Positions 27,834 through 38,031 of a stretch of 64,000 nucleotides of DNA are shown piece after piece. Every line of letters starts with the position of its first letter. Positions within the stretch are counted from its first letter, which is position 1. The translations under genes and the position numbers were made by a program. A model generated the notes under the pieces. The model did no database searches, was not told where the DNA came from, and saw nothing but the letters and a program-made list of their open reading frames with translations. Location of the stretch: positions 1-64,000 of IMG/VR virus record IMGVR_UViG_3300037602_000018, one strand, 5' to 3'. The stretch is from a virus (lineage: Duplodnaviria; Caudoviricetes).

Positions 27834-28544
27834 ATGAGTTATTTACAAGATAGTTTTGGAACATGGTATAATTTTTTACAACCTGTAATAAGTAAACCTG
27901 AATTTGCAGAACTAGGTAAATTCATATCTAAAGTCTATAAAGAAAATATTGTTTATCCAGAAAAAAATTGTATCTTTGAAGCATTCAAACAATGTCCTCG
28001 TAATGAGTTAAAGGTTATTTTTATTGCTCAAGGCCCTTATGAGAATGAGTGTAATAAAAATGAATCTTATGCTACAGGGTTAGCTTTTGCAAATCCAATA
28101 GATGTACCTAAATTAAGTCCTTCTTTACGTATAATTCACGGAGAATTGGAAAATGATTTAAAAAAGTTAGTACTTGATTTTGATACAACTTTGTTAACAT
28201 GGGCTAGTCAAGGAGTATTATTACTTAATACTGCATTAACTGTAGAAAAAGATAAACCTGATTCTCATTCAGAACAATGGAACTGGTTTACTGAAAATGT
28301 AATTAAATACATTAGTGACAATAGTAATGGTATTGTATGGGTATTATTAGGTAAACATGCTCAAAGTTATAAGAAATTTATAAATGAAGATTTTCACCAT
28401 TTTGTAGAAGCAGCTCATCCAGCAGAAGAATTATATAATAAAGATGCTGGTTTTATTGGGAGTAAAATATTCAGTCAAATAGATGAAAAATTGAATTTTA
28501 TGAATGGAGAAACAATACAATGGTTTAGTAAATTTAAAACATGA
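27834..28544 (+). CDS. ung: Family-1 uracil-DNA glycosylase-like protein (divergent active site)
   Basis: VYPE..IFEAF, ATGLAF, PSLR.I and WASQGVLLLNTALTV conserved. AQGPY replaces GQDPY; HPAEEL replaces HPSPLS. Confidence 0.8.
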   Translation: MSYLQDSFGTWYNFLQPVISKPEFAELGKFISKVYKENIVYPEKNCIFEAFKQCPRNELKVIFIAQGPYENECNKNESYATGLAFANPIDVPKLSPSLRIIHGELENDLKKLVLDFDTTLLTWASQGVLLLNTALTVEKDKPDSHSEQWNWFTENVIKYISDNSNGIVWVLLGKHAQSYKKFINEDFHHFVEAAHPAEELYNKDAGFIGSKIFSQIDEKLNFMNGETIQWFSKFKT

Positions 28545-28960
28545 AGAAACAATTAGATCAATTAGAAACATTTCAAGTAGCTTTTAATTCAGAAATTAAT
28601 TATAAACCAACAAATATAAAAGAGGAAGTATATGAGTTAAGACACAAATTATTAGAAGAAGAAAACAGAGAGTATTTAGAAGCATGTAAAGAAAATGATC
28701 TTGTAGAAATAGCAGATGCATTAGGAGACCAACTTTACATAGTATTAGGTACTATAGTATCACATGGTTTACAAAATATTATAAAAGAAGTATTTGAAGA
28801 AATTCATAATTCAAATATGTCAAAATTAGATAATAATGGTAAACCTATAATTAATGGAGAAAATGGAGCTTTTGATTACGATAGACCTCTAGGTAAAGTA
28901 TTGAAAAGTAAAAATTATAAAGCTCCAAACATTAGTAAAATTTTAAAAATTAAACAATGA
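28541..28960 (+). CDS. MazG-like NTP pyrophosphohydrolase
   Basis: LLEEE.REY...EIADALGD...EIHNSNMSK...GKVLK. Confidence 0.85.
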   Translation: MKKQLDQLETFQVAFNSEINYKPTNIKEEVYELRHKLLEEENREYLEACKENDLVEIADALGDQLYIVLGTIVSHGLQNIIKEVFEEIHNSNMSKLDNNGKPIINGENGAFDYDRPLGKVLKSKNYKAPNISKILKIKQ

Positions 28961-29145
28961 GCTTATCAGTAGAAGAAGTATTACAAAATGCTGAATACAA
29001 TGAAGCTGGAGTTTTACCAATCCAAAGAATGTTAGCTAAAGAACAAAGAAGTAATTATGAAATTGCTAAACAATTAGGAGCTAAGGATGAAGATGATTGG
29101 TATGATTGGGAAGATAAAGTAGAAACATTTAAACAAAATAATTAA
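28957..29145 (+). CDS. Hypothetical protein
   Basis: Coupled ORF. Confidence 0.55.
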   Translation: MSLSVEEVLQNAEYNEAGVLPIQRMLAKEQRSNYEIAKQLGAKDEDDWYDWEDKVETFKQNN

Positions 29146-29816
29146 TGGCAATAGGAACATTAGTAATTGGTGACTCAGGTACAGGAAAAAGTACTTCTGT
29201 AGAAACATTAAATCCAGAAGATACCTTTATTATAAATGTACAGGGTAAACCATTACCATTTAAAAATAAATATACAAAAACTACTACTCCTAAAGAGGGT
29301 AATTTGTATGTAACAGATGACGCTAAGATAATAAAGAGTCTTTTACAATTTATTTCAGCGAATAGACCAGAAATTAAACATGTAGTAATTGATGATAATC
29401 AATATGCTTCTGCAAATGAATTTATGAGAAGAGCAGAGGAGAAAGGATTTGATAAATTCACATCTATAGCAAAGAATATATGGTCAACAGCAGAAGTATT
29501 GAAAGAGCTTAGAGATGATTTGATTGTATTTATATTACATCATTCAGAAGAAGCTACAGATTCAGCAGGTAGTCGTTATAAGAAAGCTAAGACTATTGGT
29601 AAACTTGTAGATGATAAAATTACATTAGAAGGTATGTACACTATTGTACTTTATACTGATGTACAAAAAAATGATGATAAACAAATTGAATATAAATTTG
29701 TGACTCAAAATACAGGTAATACAACAGCAAAATCACCAAAAGGTATGTTTGATGAATTATACATACCTAATGATCTGAAATTAGTTTCAGACAAAATCAA
29801 TGAATATTATAATTAA
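29145..29816 (+). CDS. AAA_24/Sak4-like recombination ATPase
   Basis: GDSGTGKS, VVIDD and TAKSPKGMF motifs. Confidence 0.85.
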   Translation: MAIGTLVIGDSGTGKSTSVETLNPEDTFIINVQGKPLPFKNKYTKTTTPKEGNLYVTDDAKIIKSLLQFISANRPEIKHVVIDDNQYASANEFMRRAEEKGFDKFTSIAKNIWSTAEVLKELRDDLIVFILHHSEEATDSAGSRYKKAKTIGKLVDDKITLEGMYTIVLYTDVQKNDDKQIEYKFVTQNTGNTTAKSPKGMFDELYIPNDLKLVSDKINEYYN

Positions 29817-29833
29817 TAAATAAAAGTAGAAAT

Positions 29834-30439
29834 ATGTTTAGTACAGAAAATCAAAGTGTAGAAAGTAAGTATGTTGGATATGGAATCCATGAAGTAACAG
29901 TAGTAGGAATGAGTAAAGCAGAAGATGATAGTGCTTTCTTTCTTGAACTAAAACTTAAAGGCGAAGATGATGAAAATGCATCTAAGTTTAGATTTTCAGT
30001 AACGTCACCTAATGGAGAAGAAAAAGCTAAAAAAGCATTAGACTTCTCTTTGAAAAAAATGAGACACATTCAAGATGTGTTATTGTCACAAGAAGCTATA
30101 ACAAAACTTAATACACCTCCTCCAGCAACTATAGAAGAATTTGTAACACGTAACAATGCTGCATTAAAAGGTAAGTCACTGAGAATGAAATTTGCAGGAA
30201 GACAATATGAATATAATGGTAAAATTGGTTGGAAAACTGAAATTCCATTACCATTTGGAGGCCCATTTGCAGAACCTATGGTAGATAATGGTCAGAAAAA
30301 TCCAGCAGTACTTAATATGGCTGATACTCAATTAGAATTTAATAAAGTACCAGCAGATGATAATTATGATTATGTACCGCTAAAAAATCAACCAAGTAGT
30401 GTATCAGAGTCTAATGATTCAGATACTCCTTGGGAATAA
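29834..30439 (+). CDS. Putative ssDNA-binding protein
   Basis: Follows the Sak4-like gene; acidic tail ending DSDTPWE. Confidence 0.55.
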   Translation: MFSTENQSVESKYVGYGIHEVTVVGMSKAEDDSAFFLELKLKGEDDENASKFRFSVTSPNGEEKAKKALDFSLKKMRHIQDVLLSQEAITKLNTPPPATIEEFVTRNNAALKGKSLRMKFAGRQYEYNGKIGWKTEIPLPFGGPFAEPMVDNGQKNPAVLNMADTQLEFNKVPADDNYDYVPLKNQPSSVSESNDSDTPWE

Positions 30440-30454
30440 TAATCAATTAACTAT

Positions 30455-30484
30455 AGGGGAGTAGGGAAACTTACTCCCCTTTTC
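30455..30484 (+). terminator. Intrinsic terminator
   Basis: AGGGGAGTAG/TTACTCCCCT stem plus T-tract. Confidence 0.75.
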
Positions 30485-30496
30485 TATTTTATTACT

Positions 30497-31009
30497 ATGT
30501 ATAAAGAAATAAAAGGAGATTTAATTACATCAGCTAAAGAAGGAAAATTTGATGTAATAGCTCATGGTTGTAATTGTTTTTGTACTATGGGTGCTGGTAT
30601 TGCTCCTCAAATGGCTAAAGCTTTTGGTTGTGATAAATTTGAAATGGAATCTTATACTGATATAGAAAAATTAGGTCGTATAGATTGGCAAACTTTAGTA
30701 TTAGGTGAAAATGCAATATGGAGTTTATGGGACGCAGATAATAAAAAAAATGAACCTGAATTAGTTGTAATAAATGCTTATACTCAGTATGGTTTTGGTA
30801 AAAATCATCCTAACGGAATAGATGAACCTTTAGATTATGAAGCTCTTACTTTATGTATGAGAAAAATAAATCATATATTTAAAGGTAAACATGTTGGACT
30901 TCCTCAAATAGGTTGTGGTTTAGCTGGAGGAGATTGGAATATTGTTAAAGAAATTATTAAAAAAGAATTATGTGATTGTGATATAACAGTTGTAATTTAT
31001 AATAAATAA
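30497..31009 (+). CDS. Macro-domain (ADP-ribose processing) protein
   Basis: IKGDL, HGCNC..MGAGIA, NAYTQ and LPQIGCGLAGGDW motifs. Confidence 0.9.
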   Translation: MYKEIKGDLITSAKEGKFDVIAHGCNCFCTMGAGIAPQMAKAFGCDKFEMESYTDIEKLGRIDWQTLVLGENAIWSLWDADNKKNEPELVVINAYTQYGFGKNHPNGIDEPLDYEALTLCMRKINHIFKGKHVGLPQIGCGLAGGDWNIVKEIIKKELCDCDITVVIYNK

Positions 31010-31014
31010 ACTTT

Positions 31015-31926
31015 ATGTTTGTTACAATAGATAAAAAAGATTCTATATATCAAAAATATACAGATTATGATTTATTTAAATTTTATATACCTGAAGTAAG
31101 TTTTAAACATAATATTAAAAGTCCTTTAAGAGCAGATGATGATACACCTTCATTTCATTTATATTGGACTAGAAATAATACAGTATGTTTTGTAGATCAT
31201 GGTTTAACTACTGGTAATTTTTGGGAATATCTTAAATTGAAATATGGTTGGACATATCATCAAGCTATAGATGAAGTATATAATAATTTAAATGGTATAA
31301 AATCTTATTCAAAAAGTATTGATTACTCCAAAGTAAATGAAAAAACAAGAATAAGGTTTACAGTAAGAAGTGCTAATGAGGATGATGTAGATTTTTGGAA
31401 TCAATATTTTACTATTGAAACAGTAAAGAAGTTAAAAATTATTCCTATAAAGCATTATTTTACTAATAATTTTAATAAACCTTTAGGAGATTATACTTAT
31501 GCTATGCTTGTAGGCTCCAGAATTAAGATTTACCAGCCTTATTCTAAACCTAAGTACTTTGGTAATACTAATTCAAGTTCTATTCAAGGTTGGCATTTAT
31601 TAGACCCTAATATCAGAGAATGTAAGTTAGTATCTTCTATGAAAGAAATAGGTGTTTTATATGAGCAGGGAATACAAGCTATAGCTCCCAATTCTGAATC
31701 TACAATTATACCACCAAAAATTATGAATTTTTTAAAGTTTTATTGGGATTTAGAGATATTATATGATTGGGATAAAGCAGGTAGATTTCATGCTCAAAAA
31801 CATTCCAACTTGTATAATTTACCAGTAAATAAATTACAATATGAATATTTTGATGTAAAGGATATATCAGATTTTAGAAAGAAATATGGATTTTATAATA
31901 CAAAAGAATTAATTAGAAAAATATGA
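31015..31926 (+). CDS. DNA primase (TOPRIM, crAss-like type)
   Basis: KSPLRADDDTPSF, SSMKE, APNSE, LYDWDKAG and KDISDF motifs. Confidence 0.8.
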   Translation: MFVTIDKKDSIYQKYTDYDLFKFYIPEVSFKHNIKSPLRADDDTPSFHLYWTRNNTVCFVDHGLTTGNFWEYLKLKYGWTYHQAIDEVYNNLNGIKSYSKSIDYSKVNEKTRIRFTVRSANEDDVDFWNQYFTIETVKKLKIIPIKHYFTNNFNKPLGDYTYAMLVGSRIKIYQPYSKPKYFGNTNSSSIQGWHLLDPNIRECKLVSSMKEIGVLYEQGIQAIAPNSESTIIPPKIMNFLKFYWDLEILYDWDKAGRFHAQKHSNLYNLPVNKLQYEYFDVKDISDFRKKYGFYNTKELIRKI

Positions 31927-32159
31927 CACTTGAAAATTATATAAAAGGATTACAACAAGTAATGGAATTTAATCCTAGATTTAAAGATTGTGAAGTAATC
32001 TATTCTGTAGATGATGAAGGCAATGCTTATCATAAAATAGAATTTGGGCCTTCTTTAGCTATTGTAGAAGATTTAGATGAGAGATATTTAGAAGTAGATA
32101 TATCTGATGAAAGCATGGGAGAAGACCTTGATAATGTTAATGCAATTTGCATAAACTAA
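31923..32159 (+). CDS. Acidic hypothetical protein
   Basis: VIYSVDDEGN motif; coupled ORF. Confidence 0.6.
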   Translation: MTLENYIKGLQQVMEFNPRFKDCEVIYSVDDEGNAYHKIEFGPSLAIVEDLDERYLEVDISDESMGEDLDNVNAICIN

Positions 32160-32331
32160 TGGAAGAAATACCAGTATATATATTTTCTTTAATAGGAGAA
32201 GTAAGATTTACAGAAGAAGGAGCTTTAAGATTAGCTCAGGAAAAAGGGTATAAAGATTTAGAACATAGTTATAAGGAAGAATTTCATTATTTTACTGAAA
32301 TGACTCCTGAAGACTTAGATAATTTTATAGA

Positions 32332-32667
32332 ATGAATACAGAAGATATTAATGGTGTAAAACCACAAGAAGGAGATGTAATTGTATATCCAAGATATTCT
32401 GATTTAGAAAAATCTCAAATTATTAGAATAAAAAAGAAAGAAAATTATAGAAATGAGGATTATATAGATTTTAAATTATCTTGTCAGTATCAGTTATGGG
32501 ATAATAGAATTCTATTTAAACAAATATCTACAGATGTTAAAGACCATAACGGGTATTTCTATAAATACTTACCTTCATATTTAATAGTTGGTAGAAATGA
32601 AATTAATCCTAATAATTTGAAGTCAAGAAAACAATTAAAAGAAGAATTAAAGAATGACAAAACGTGA
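32332..32667 (+). CDS. Hypothetical protein
   Basis: Coupled ORF. Confidence 0.6.
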   Translation: MNTEDINGVKPQEGDVIVYPRYSDLEKSQIIRIKKKENYRNEDYIDFKLSCQYQLWDNRILFKQISTDVKDHNGYFYKYLPSYLIVGRNEINPNNLKSRKQLKEELKNDKT

Positions 32668-32941
32668 ATACTTATTAATTAAGTTAGCAGAAGAATGTAA
32701 TGAAGTAGCACAAAGATGCACTAAAGCATTAACATTTGGGTTATATGAAGTACAGGAAGGACAAGAATTAAATAATCAACAAAGAATTGAATATGAATTG
32801 AATGACTTGTTAGGAATGATAGACATTTGTAAAAATGAAGGTATATTAGATAGAGAATTTGAATCTTCAGATGCTATTATAAAGAAAACTAGAAAAGTTG
32901 AACAATTTATGGAATATTCTAAAAGACAAGGGGTATTATGA
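32654..32941 (+). CDS. MazG-like protein
   Basis: LAEECNEVAQ..TKALTFG...ELNDL. Confidence 0.7.
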   Translation: MTKREYLLIKLAEECNEVAQRCTKALTFGLYEVQEGQELNNQQRIEYELNDLLGMIDICKNEGILDREFESSDAIIKKTRKVEQFMEYSKRQGVL

Positions 32942-33210
32942 AAACATATGTAGAAGAATTTATTGATGAAACTGAATTTTCAGAATTAGATTTAGAACAT
33001 CCTTTTTATAATGAAGAAGAGGAGAATGGTAATGATATAAAATATAGCAATAAGGTTCAATGGCAAGATACTGTAAGCATTAAAATAGATACTGTTATTA
33101 ATCATTTAAATAGTATAAAGAAAAAAGGTGCTGATAGAGTGTATATTGTAGCTCATTCTGATCATTATGGTTATATATTTACAGGAGTTAATTTAAAAGA
33201 ATTAAAATGA
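32938..33210 (+). CDS. Acidic hypothetical protein
   Basis: Coupled ORF. Confidence 0.6.
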   Translation: MKTYVEEFIDETEFSELDLEHPFYNEEEENGNDIKYSNKVQWQDTVSIKIDTVINHLNSIKKKGADRVYIVAHSDHYGYIFTGVNLKELK

Positions 33211-34169
33211 CAGTAGAAGATTATAGAAATTTAGATTCAAAATATCTTAATTATTCATTACTATCAGCATTAGATAAAAGTCCAGAAAGTTTAACTTTTG
33301 AAGATAAGGATTTTAGTGATGCTATGAAAATGGGTGATGCAATAGATATATTAATGTTTACTCCAGATGAATTTGATAAAAAATATATTGTAGCAGATGT
33401 AGCTCAACCTACTGGTCAAGTATTAGAATTAGTAAATGAATGCTATACTAAAAACTATTTTACAGATTTTGAAATACAATTAGAAGCTGATTCATTAAAA
33501 GAAGAAGGTAAGTTTAAATATTTCGGAAGTACTAAAAAACCAGATTTAAGAAAAGCTAATTGGGATAATGATTTATTTAAAAACTATTTAAAATTTCTTA
33601 GGGAAACTGAAGATAAAATTGTAATTTCAATTGAGGAAAATGAAGCCATTAGTTTAGCTGTAGAAACATTGAAATCTCATGAGTTTACTAAAGATATATT
33701 TAATCCTGATAGTAAATATGAGGTTCAACGTCAATGGGCTTTAACATTTGATTATGATGAGTTTAGTTATAAAATTTTATTAGATTATGTTTTAATTGAC
33801 CATGAGAATAAAGTAATTAAACCATTTGATTTAAAAATACTTAGTTCTGGAATATGGAACTTTATTAAGCAACATTATAGGTTTAGATATTATATTCAAT
33901 CTAGTTTGTATAGACATGGTTTAATAGTATTATATCCTGATTATACAGTTGAAGATTTTAAAGATATAGTTTATTCTACAGTTAGTAAGAAACCTCTTAT
34001 ATTTAATATGAGTAGTTATCATGAGAAGGCACGAGACGGTTGGACAGATAACAATATTACATATAAAGGTTGGTTGCAATTAAGTAGAGACTTATCTTGG
34101 CATAGAGAAAACAATCTCTGGCAATTTAGTAAAGAAATTTACGATAACAAAGGTGAAATATTATTATAA
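33207..34169 (+). CDS. PD-(D/E)XK exonuclease-like protein
   Basis: LNYSLLS, KILLDY...PFDLK and YYIQSSLY motifs. Confidence 0.7.
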   Translation: MTVEDYRNLDSKYLNYSLLSALDKSPESLTFEDKDFSDAMKMGDAIDILMFTPDEFDKKYIVADVAQPTGQVLELVNECYTKNYFTDFEIQLEADSLKEEGKFKYFGSTKKPDLRKANWDNDLFKNYLKFLRETEDKIVISIEENEAISLAVETLKSHEFTKDIFNPDSKYEVQRQWALTFDYDEFSYKILLDYVLIDHENKVIKPFDLKILSSGIWNFIKQHYRFRYYIQSSLYRHGLIVLYPDYTVEDFKDIVYSTVSKKPLIFNMSSYHEKARDGWTDNNITYKGWLQLSRDLSWHRENNLWQFSKEIYDNKGEILL

Positions 34170-34184
34170 TAAGAAGAAATTTTG

Positions 34185-34192
34185 TAAATTTG
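34185..34192 (+). promoter_or_regulatory. Bacteroidota -7 element
   Basis: TAAATTTG(TAA) upstream of the homing endonuclease. Confidence 0.55.
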
Positions 34193-34210
34193 TAATTAAT
34201 TTTTTTTAAA

Positions 34211-34996
34211 ATGCAAAATTTTCTTATACCTTCTAGATCTTTAGATAAAATAAAAATATATAAATTAATTTGTCCTGATACTAAAAATGTAATATATGTT
34301 GGACAAACAGATTATGATAATCTTTTATTTAGATTAATTGGTCATCTTACTAATTTAAGAAGAGTTGGTAAAAACAATACTAAAAACAAAATATTTTTAA
34401 ATTATTTAGAACAAGGTAAAATTCCTAAAATAGAATTAATTGAAGAAGTGGATAAAAAAGAAGGCTTGAACAGAGAAAAATATTGGATTAATTTTTATTC
34501 TAAAAAATTCGATATTTTAAATATTACATATAATCCAGAAAAACAGCATTTAAAGAATAATCATTTGTGTAAAAAAGTTTATCAATATGATTTAGATGGA
34601 AATTTTATTAAAGAATGGGAATCTAATAAAGAAGCAAGTCAAATTTTAAATATTTCTTCTAATAGTATTTATGGTTCTTGTATTAATGTAAATAGAATTG
34701 CTGGACAATATCAATGGCGATATTTTTATAAGAAAAAGATAAGAAGTCATAGTTATAATAGAATTCCTGCAAAAGAAATTTCAGTTTATTCTCTAGATGG
34801 TAAACTATTAAAAACTTTTGAATCTGCATTTGAAGCCGCTGAGAAATTAAATTTAAAAGTTAGAGCTATTTATAAAGCATTATCAGGCGAAATAAAAACA
34901 CATGCTGATTATAGATTTAACTATGGGAGAGAAAAAGAACTACCAGGGATTTTACCACGTTCTAGGAGATTAGGAAAATGTAATAAAAATTTATGA
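34211..34996 (+). CDS. Free-standing GIY-YIG-like homing endonuclease with NUMOD1 repeats
   Basis: KIYKL...IYVGQT...REKYWI; two VYQYDLDG.FIKEWES / VYSLDGKLLKTFES repeats. Confidence 0.8.
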   Translation: MQNFLIPSRSLDKIKIYKLICPDTKNVIYVGQTDYDNLLFRLIGHLTNLRRVGKNNTKNKIFLNYLEQGKIPKIELIEEVDKKEGLNREKYWINFYSKKFDILNITYNPEKQHLKNNHLCKKVYQYDLDGNFIKEWESNKEASQILNISSNSIYGSCINVNRIAGQYQWRYFYKKKIRSHSYNRIPAKEISVYSLDGKLLKTFESAFEAAEKLNLKVRAIYKALSGEIKTHADYRFNYGREKELPGILPRSRRLGKCNKNL

Positions 34997-35017
34997 AAAT
35001 AATGGAGAAGTAATATT

Positions 35018-35446
35018 ATGAGAGAAATAAAATTTAGAGCATGGGACGGAAAAACAATGTTTTTTAATGTATTAGCTGGAGGCTATGAAGATACTGTACC
35101 TAGTGTACATATTGCTTCAAAAGGTTGGGTTAATGTAGACCCCTACAATCTTATGCAATTCACAGGACTTTTAGATAAGAATAATAAAGAAATTTATGAA
35201 GGAGATATATTAGATTTAGGTCAAACAGTAAATGGATGTAGTAGTTTTATAGTATTTTGGGATAGATTAAATTTAGGATGGAATATTAAATATAATGCAC
35301 CTATGAATAATCCTAGAAGTTACGAATATAATCTACAAGAATTCTTTAAAATAGATTTCAATTGTGATGAAGGAGTAGAAATAGTTGGAAATATTTACCA
35401 AAACCCAGAATTATTAACTAATAAAGATGAAATGAAGAATGAGTGA
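35018..35446 (+). CDS. YopX-family protein
   Basis: MREIKFRAWD...MQFTGLLDKNNKEIYEGDI...EIVGNIYQNPELL. Confidence 0.9.
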   Translation: MREIKFRAWDGKTMFFNVLAGGYEDTVPSVHIASKGWVNVDPYNLMQFTGLLDKNNKEIYEGDILDLGQTVNGCSSFIVFWDRLNLGWNIKYNAPMNNPRSYEYNLQEFFKIDFNCDEGVEIVGNIYQNPELLTNKDEMKNE

Positions 35447-35906
35447 TAATTTGACAAAAACCAGAAGTTATACCTATTTATTACCAGGATTAGCTGCTAA
35501 AATAAATCTGGATAAAGTCAAAATTAAAAACTTATTTCTAGGAATAGAAAACAAAACTAAAGAATTTAACGGTAATGTCTATATATTAGTAGACAAGGAT
35601 ACAGAGTTAGATAAATCTAATTACTGGATTCAAGATCATACAGTTGGAGATGATTTACTTATAGAATATGAATACCCTGATATAGATGTATATATTAAAT
35701 TTATACGGGGTAAATATTCAGAACTTGAAAGAAGTTATAAAGAAACTATATTAAAATACCATAATTTAAATGCTACACATAAAGTAAGTCATATTTTGTA
35801 TAAGAATAAAATCTTAAAAGATGAATTAGAAAACTTATTTGAAGTAGTAATAGATGGTGAGTTAGGAGATATTATAGAATATAATGAAGAATGTTATAAG
35901 TGTTAG
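35439..35906 (+). CDS. Hypothetical protein
   Basis: 155 aa; FIRGKYSE motif. Confidence 0.6.
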   Translation: MSDNLTKTRSYTYLLPGLAAKINLDKVKIKNLFLGIENKTKEFNGNVYILVDKDTELDKSNYWIQDHTVGDDLLIEYEYPDIDVYIKFIRGKYSELERSYKETILKYHNLNATHKVSHILYKNKILKDELENLFEVVIDGELGDIIEYNEECYKC

Positions 35907-35918
35907 AAATTTTATCAT

Positions 35919-35926
35919 TATATTTG
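35919..35926 (+). promoter_or_regulatory. Bacteroidota -7 element
   Basis: TATATTTG(TAA) upstream of nrdJ. Confidence 0.6.
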
Positions 35927-35959
35927 TAACCTTTTTTTAATTAGTAAACTTTATAACAA

Positions 35960-37822
35960 ATGAATGACAATAACAATCTTCTTTCCGAGGTAGTAGTATA
36001 TAATAAATATGCTAAATATATACCTGAAATTAAACGGAGAGAAACATGGGAAGAAATTATTGATAGATATTTAACCATGTTAAAAAATAAATATCCACAA
36101 TTAAAACAAGAAATTACTGATAATGGTAAATTTCTTACAGATAAAAAAGTATTGCCTTCTATGAGGGCTGTTCAATTTGCTGGAAAAGCTATTGAAAAAA
36201 ATGAAGCTAGATTATACAATTGTAGTTATATGCCTATTGATAACTATAAGTGTTTTAATGAATTAATGTTTTTATTACTTGGAGGTACAGGAGTAGGTTA
36301 TTCCGTTCAATTTCATCATATTGATAAATTACCAGAAATTCATAAACCTTTAAAAGAAGCTAAATTTCTTATTGGAGATTCTATAGAAGGATGGGCAGAT
36401 GCTATCAAACAACTTATGAAATCTTATTTTGGAATTACTAAAGTTAAACCAAGATTTGATTTTTCAGATATTAGAGAAAAAGGTACACAATTAATTACTG
36501 CTGGAGGTAAAGCTCCTGGGCCTGAACCACTTAGAGTATGTCTTACAAAAATAGAAGCTTTACTTAATGATGTAGAAGATGGTGAAAAATTAACTTCTTT
36601 ACAAGTACATGATATATGTTGCTTTATTGCAGATGCTGTATTAGCTGGAGGAATTAGAAGAGCTGCGCTAATAGCTTTATTTAGTTTTGACGATAAAGAA
36701 ATGGCTACTTGTAAACATGGAAATTGGTGGGAATTAAATCCTCAAAGAGGTAGAGCTAATAATTCTGCTGTAATTTTAAGAAACAGAGTTCAAAAAGATG
36801 AGTTTAATAGTCTTTGGGAGATGATTAAAGATTCTGGCTCAGGTGAACCTGGACTTTCATTTACTAATGATCCTGAATATGGATTTAATCCTTGTCATGA
36901 AATTTCATTAAGACCTTATACATTTTGTAATCTTACAGAAGTTAATGTAGGTAATATAGAATCTCAGGGAGATTTTAATAAAAGGGTGCAAGTAGCTACA
37001 TTTTTTGGAACGTTACAAGCTGGATTTACAGATTTTCATTATCTTAGAAATATTTGGAAGAAAAATACTGAAAAAGATGCTTTAATAGGTATTGGACAAA
37101 CAGGTATTGCTAATGGAGAAATACAAAAATATAATCTGAATGAAGGAGTACAAATAGTACTAGAAGAAAATGAAAGAGTTGCTAATTTAATAGGTATTAA
37201 TAAAGCTGCAAGAACAACTACAATTAAACCATCAGGAACTACAAGTTGCGTAGTAGGTACTTCTTCTGGAATACATGCTTGGCATGATAAATATTACATC
37301 AGAAATATGCAATGTAAAGTTGGAGATGATTTGTATAATTATTTTGTAACATATGTTCCGAAACTTATTAAAATTATGGACTATGATATTCATTCTGCTG
37401 TAATAGGTATTCCTCAAAAAGCTCCAGATACTGCTATTTTAAGAGAGCATGAAACAGCTATTGAATTACTTGAAAGAGTAAAGAAATTTAATATTGAATG
37501 GGTAATTAAAGGACATAGAAAAGGCCCTAATACTAATAATGTATCTGCAACTATATCTATTAAAGACGATGAATGGGATGAAGTAGGTGAATGGATGTGG
37601 AAAAATAAAAACTACTATAGTGGATTATCAGTATTACCTTATAATGGAGGTACATATAAAGATGCTCCATTTATGACATGTACTGAAGAAAAATACAATG
37701 AATTAATAACATATATACAAGAAAATCCTATTAATTTAACTTTAATTGAAGAAACTGTAGATAATACAGATTTATCAGGTGAAGCTGCTTGTGCTGGAGG
37801 CTCTTGTGAACTTACTTATTAA
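35960..37822 (+). CDS. nrdJ: Class II (B12-dependent) ribonucleotide reductase
   Basis: RRETW, LYNC, GTGVG, GGIRRAA, NPCHEI, TIKPSGT and C-terminal ACAGGSC; no nrdB nearby. Confidence 0.92.
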   Translation: MNDNNNLLSEVVVYNKYAKYIPEIKRRETWEEIIDRYLTMLKNKYPQLKQEITDNGKFLTDKKVLPSMRAVQFAGKAIEKNEARLYNCSYMPIDNYKCFNELMFLLLGGTGVGYSVQFHHIDKLPEIHKPLKEAKFLIGDSIEGWADAIKQLMKSYFGITKVKPRFDFSDIREKGTQLITAGGKAPGPEPLRVCLTKIEALLNDVEDGEKLTSLQVHDICCFIADAVLAGGIRRAALIALFSFDDKEMATCKHGNWWELNPQRGRANNSAVILRNRVQKDEFNSLWEMIKDSGSGEPGLSFTNDPEYGFNPCHEISLRPYTFCNLTEVNVGNIESQGDFNKRVQVATFFGTLQAGFTDFHYLRNIWKKNTEKDALIGIGQTGIANGEIQKYNLNEGVQIVLEENERVANLIGINKAARTTTIKPSGTTSCVVGTSSGIHAWHDKYYIRNMQCKVGDDLYNYFVTYVPKLIKIMDYDIHSAVIGIPQKAPDTAILREHETAIELLERVKKFNIEWVIKGHRKGPNTNNVSATISIKDDEWDEVGEWMWKNKNYYSGLSVLPYNGGTYKDAPFMTCTEEKYNELITYIQENPINLTLIEETVDNTDLSGEAACAGGSCELTY

Positions 37823-37868
37823 TATGTTTACATATTTAGGAAAAGAGTGTTGGATATATAGTTTGTAC

Positions 37869-37900
37869 ATAGAGGGAGCTAAGTCTCCCTCTATTAATTT
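37869..37900 (+). terminator. Intrinsic terminator
   Basis: ATAGAGGGAG/CTCCCTCTAT hairpin. Confidence 0.7.
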
Positions 37901-38031
37901 TAATATAATATGAAAGAAATAAAAATGAAGTTTGAATCTAATGAAGACTATAATGAATTTATAGAAATCTGTAAAGATTCTAAAAATGTAGAGTTATCTG
38001 AAAATGAAATTTTAATCAAGAAACAAGAGGA

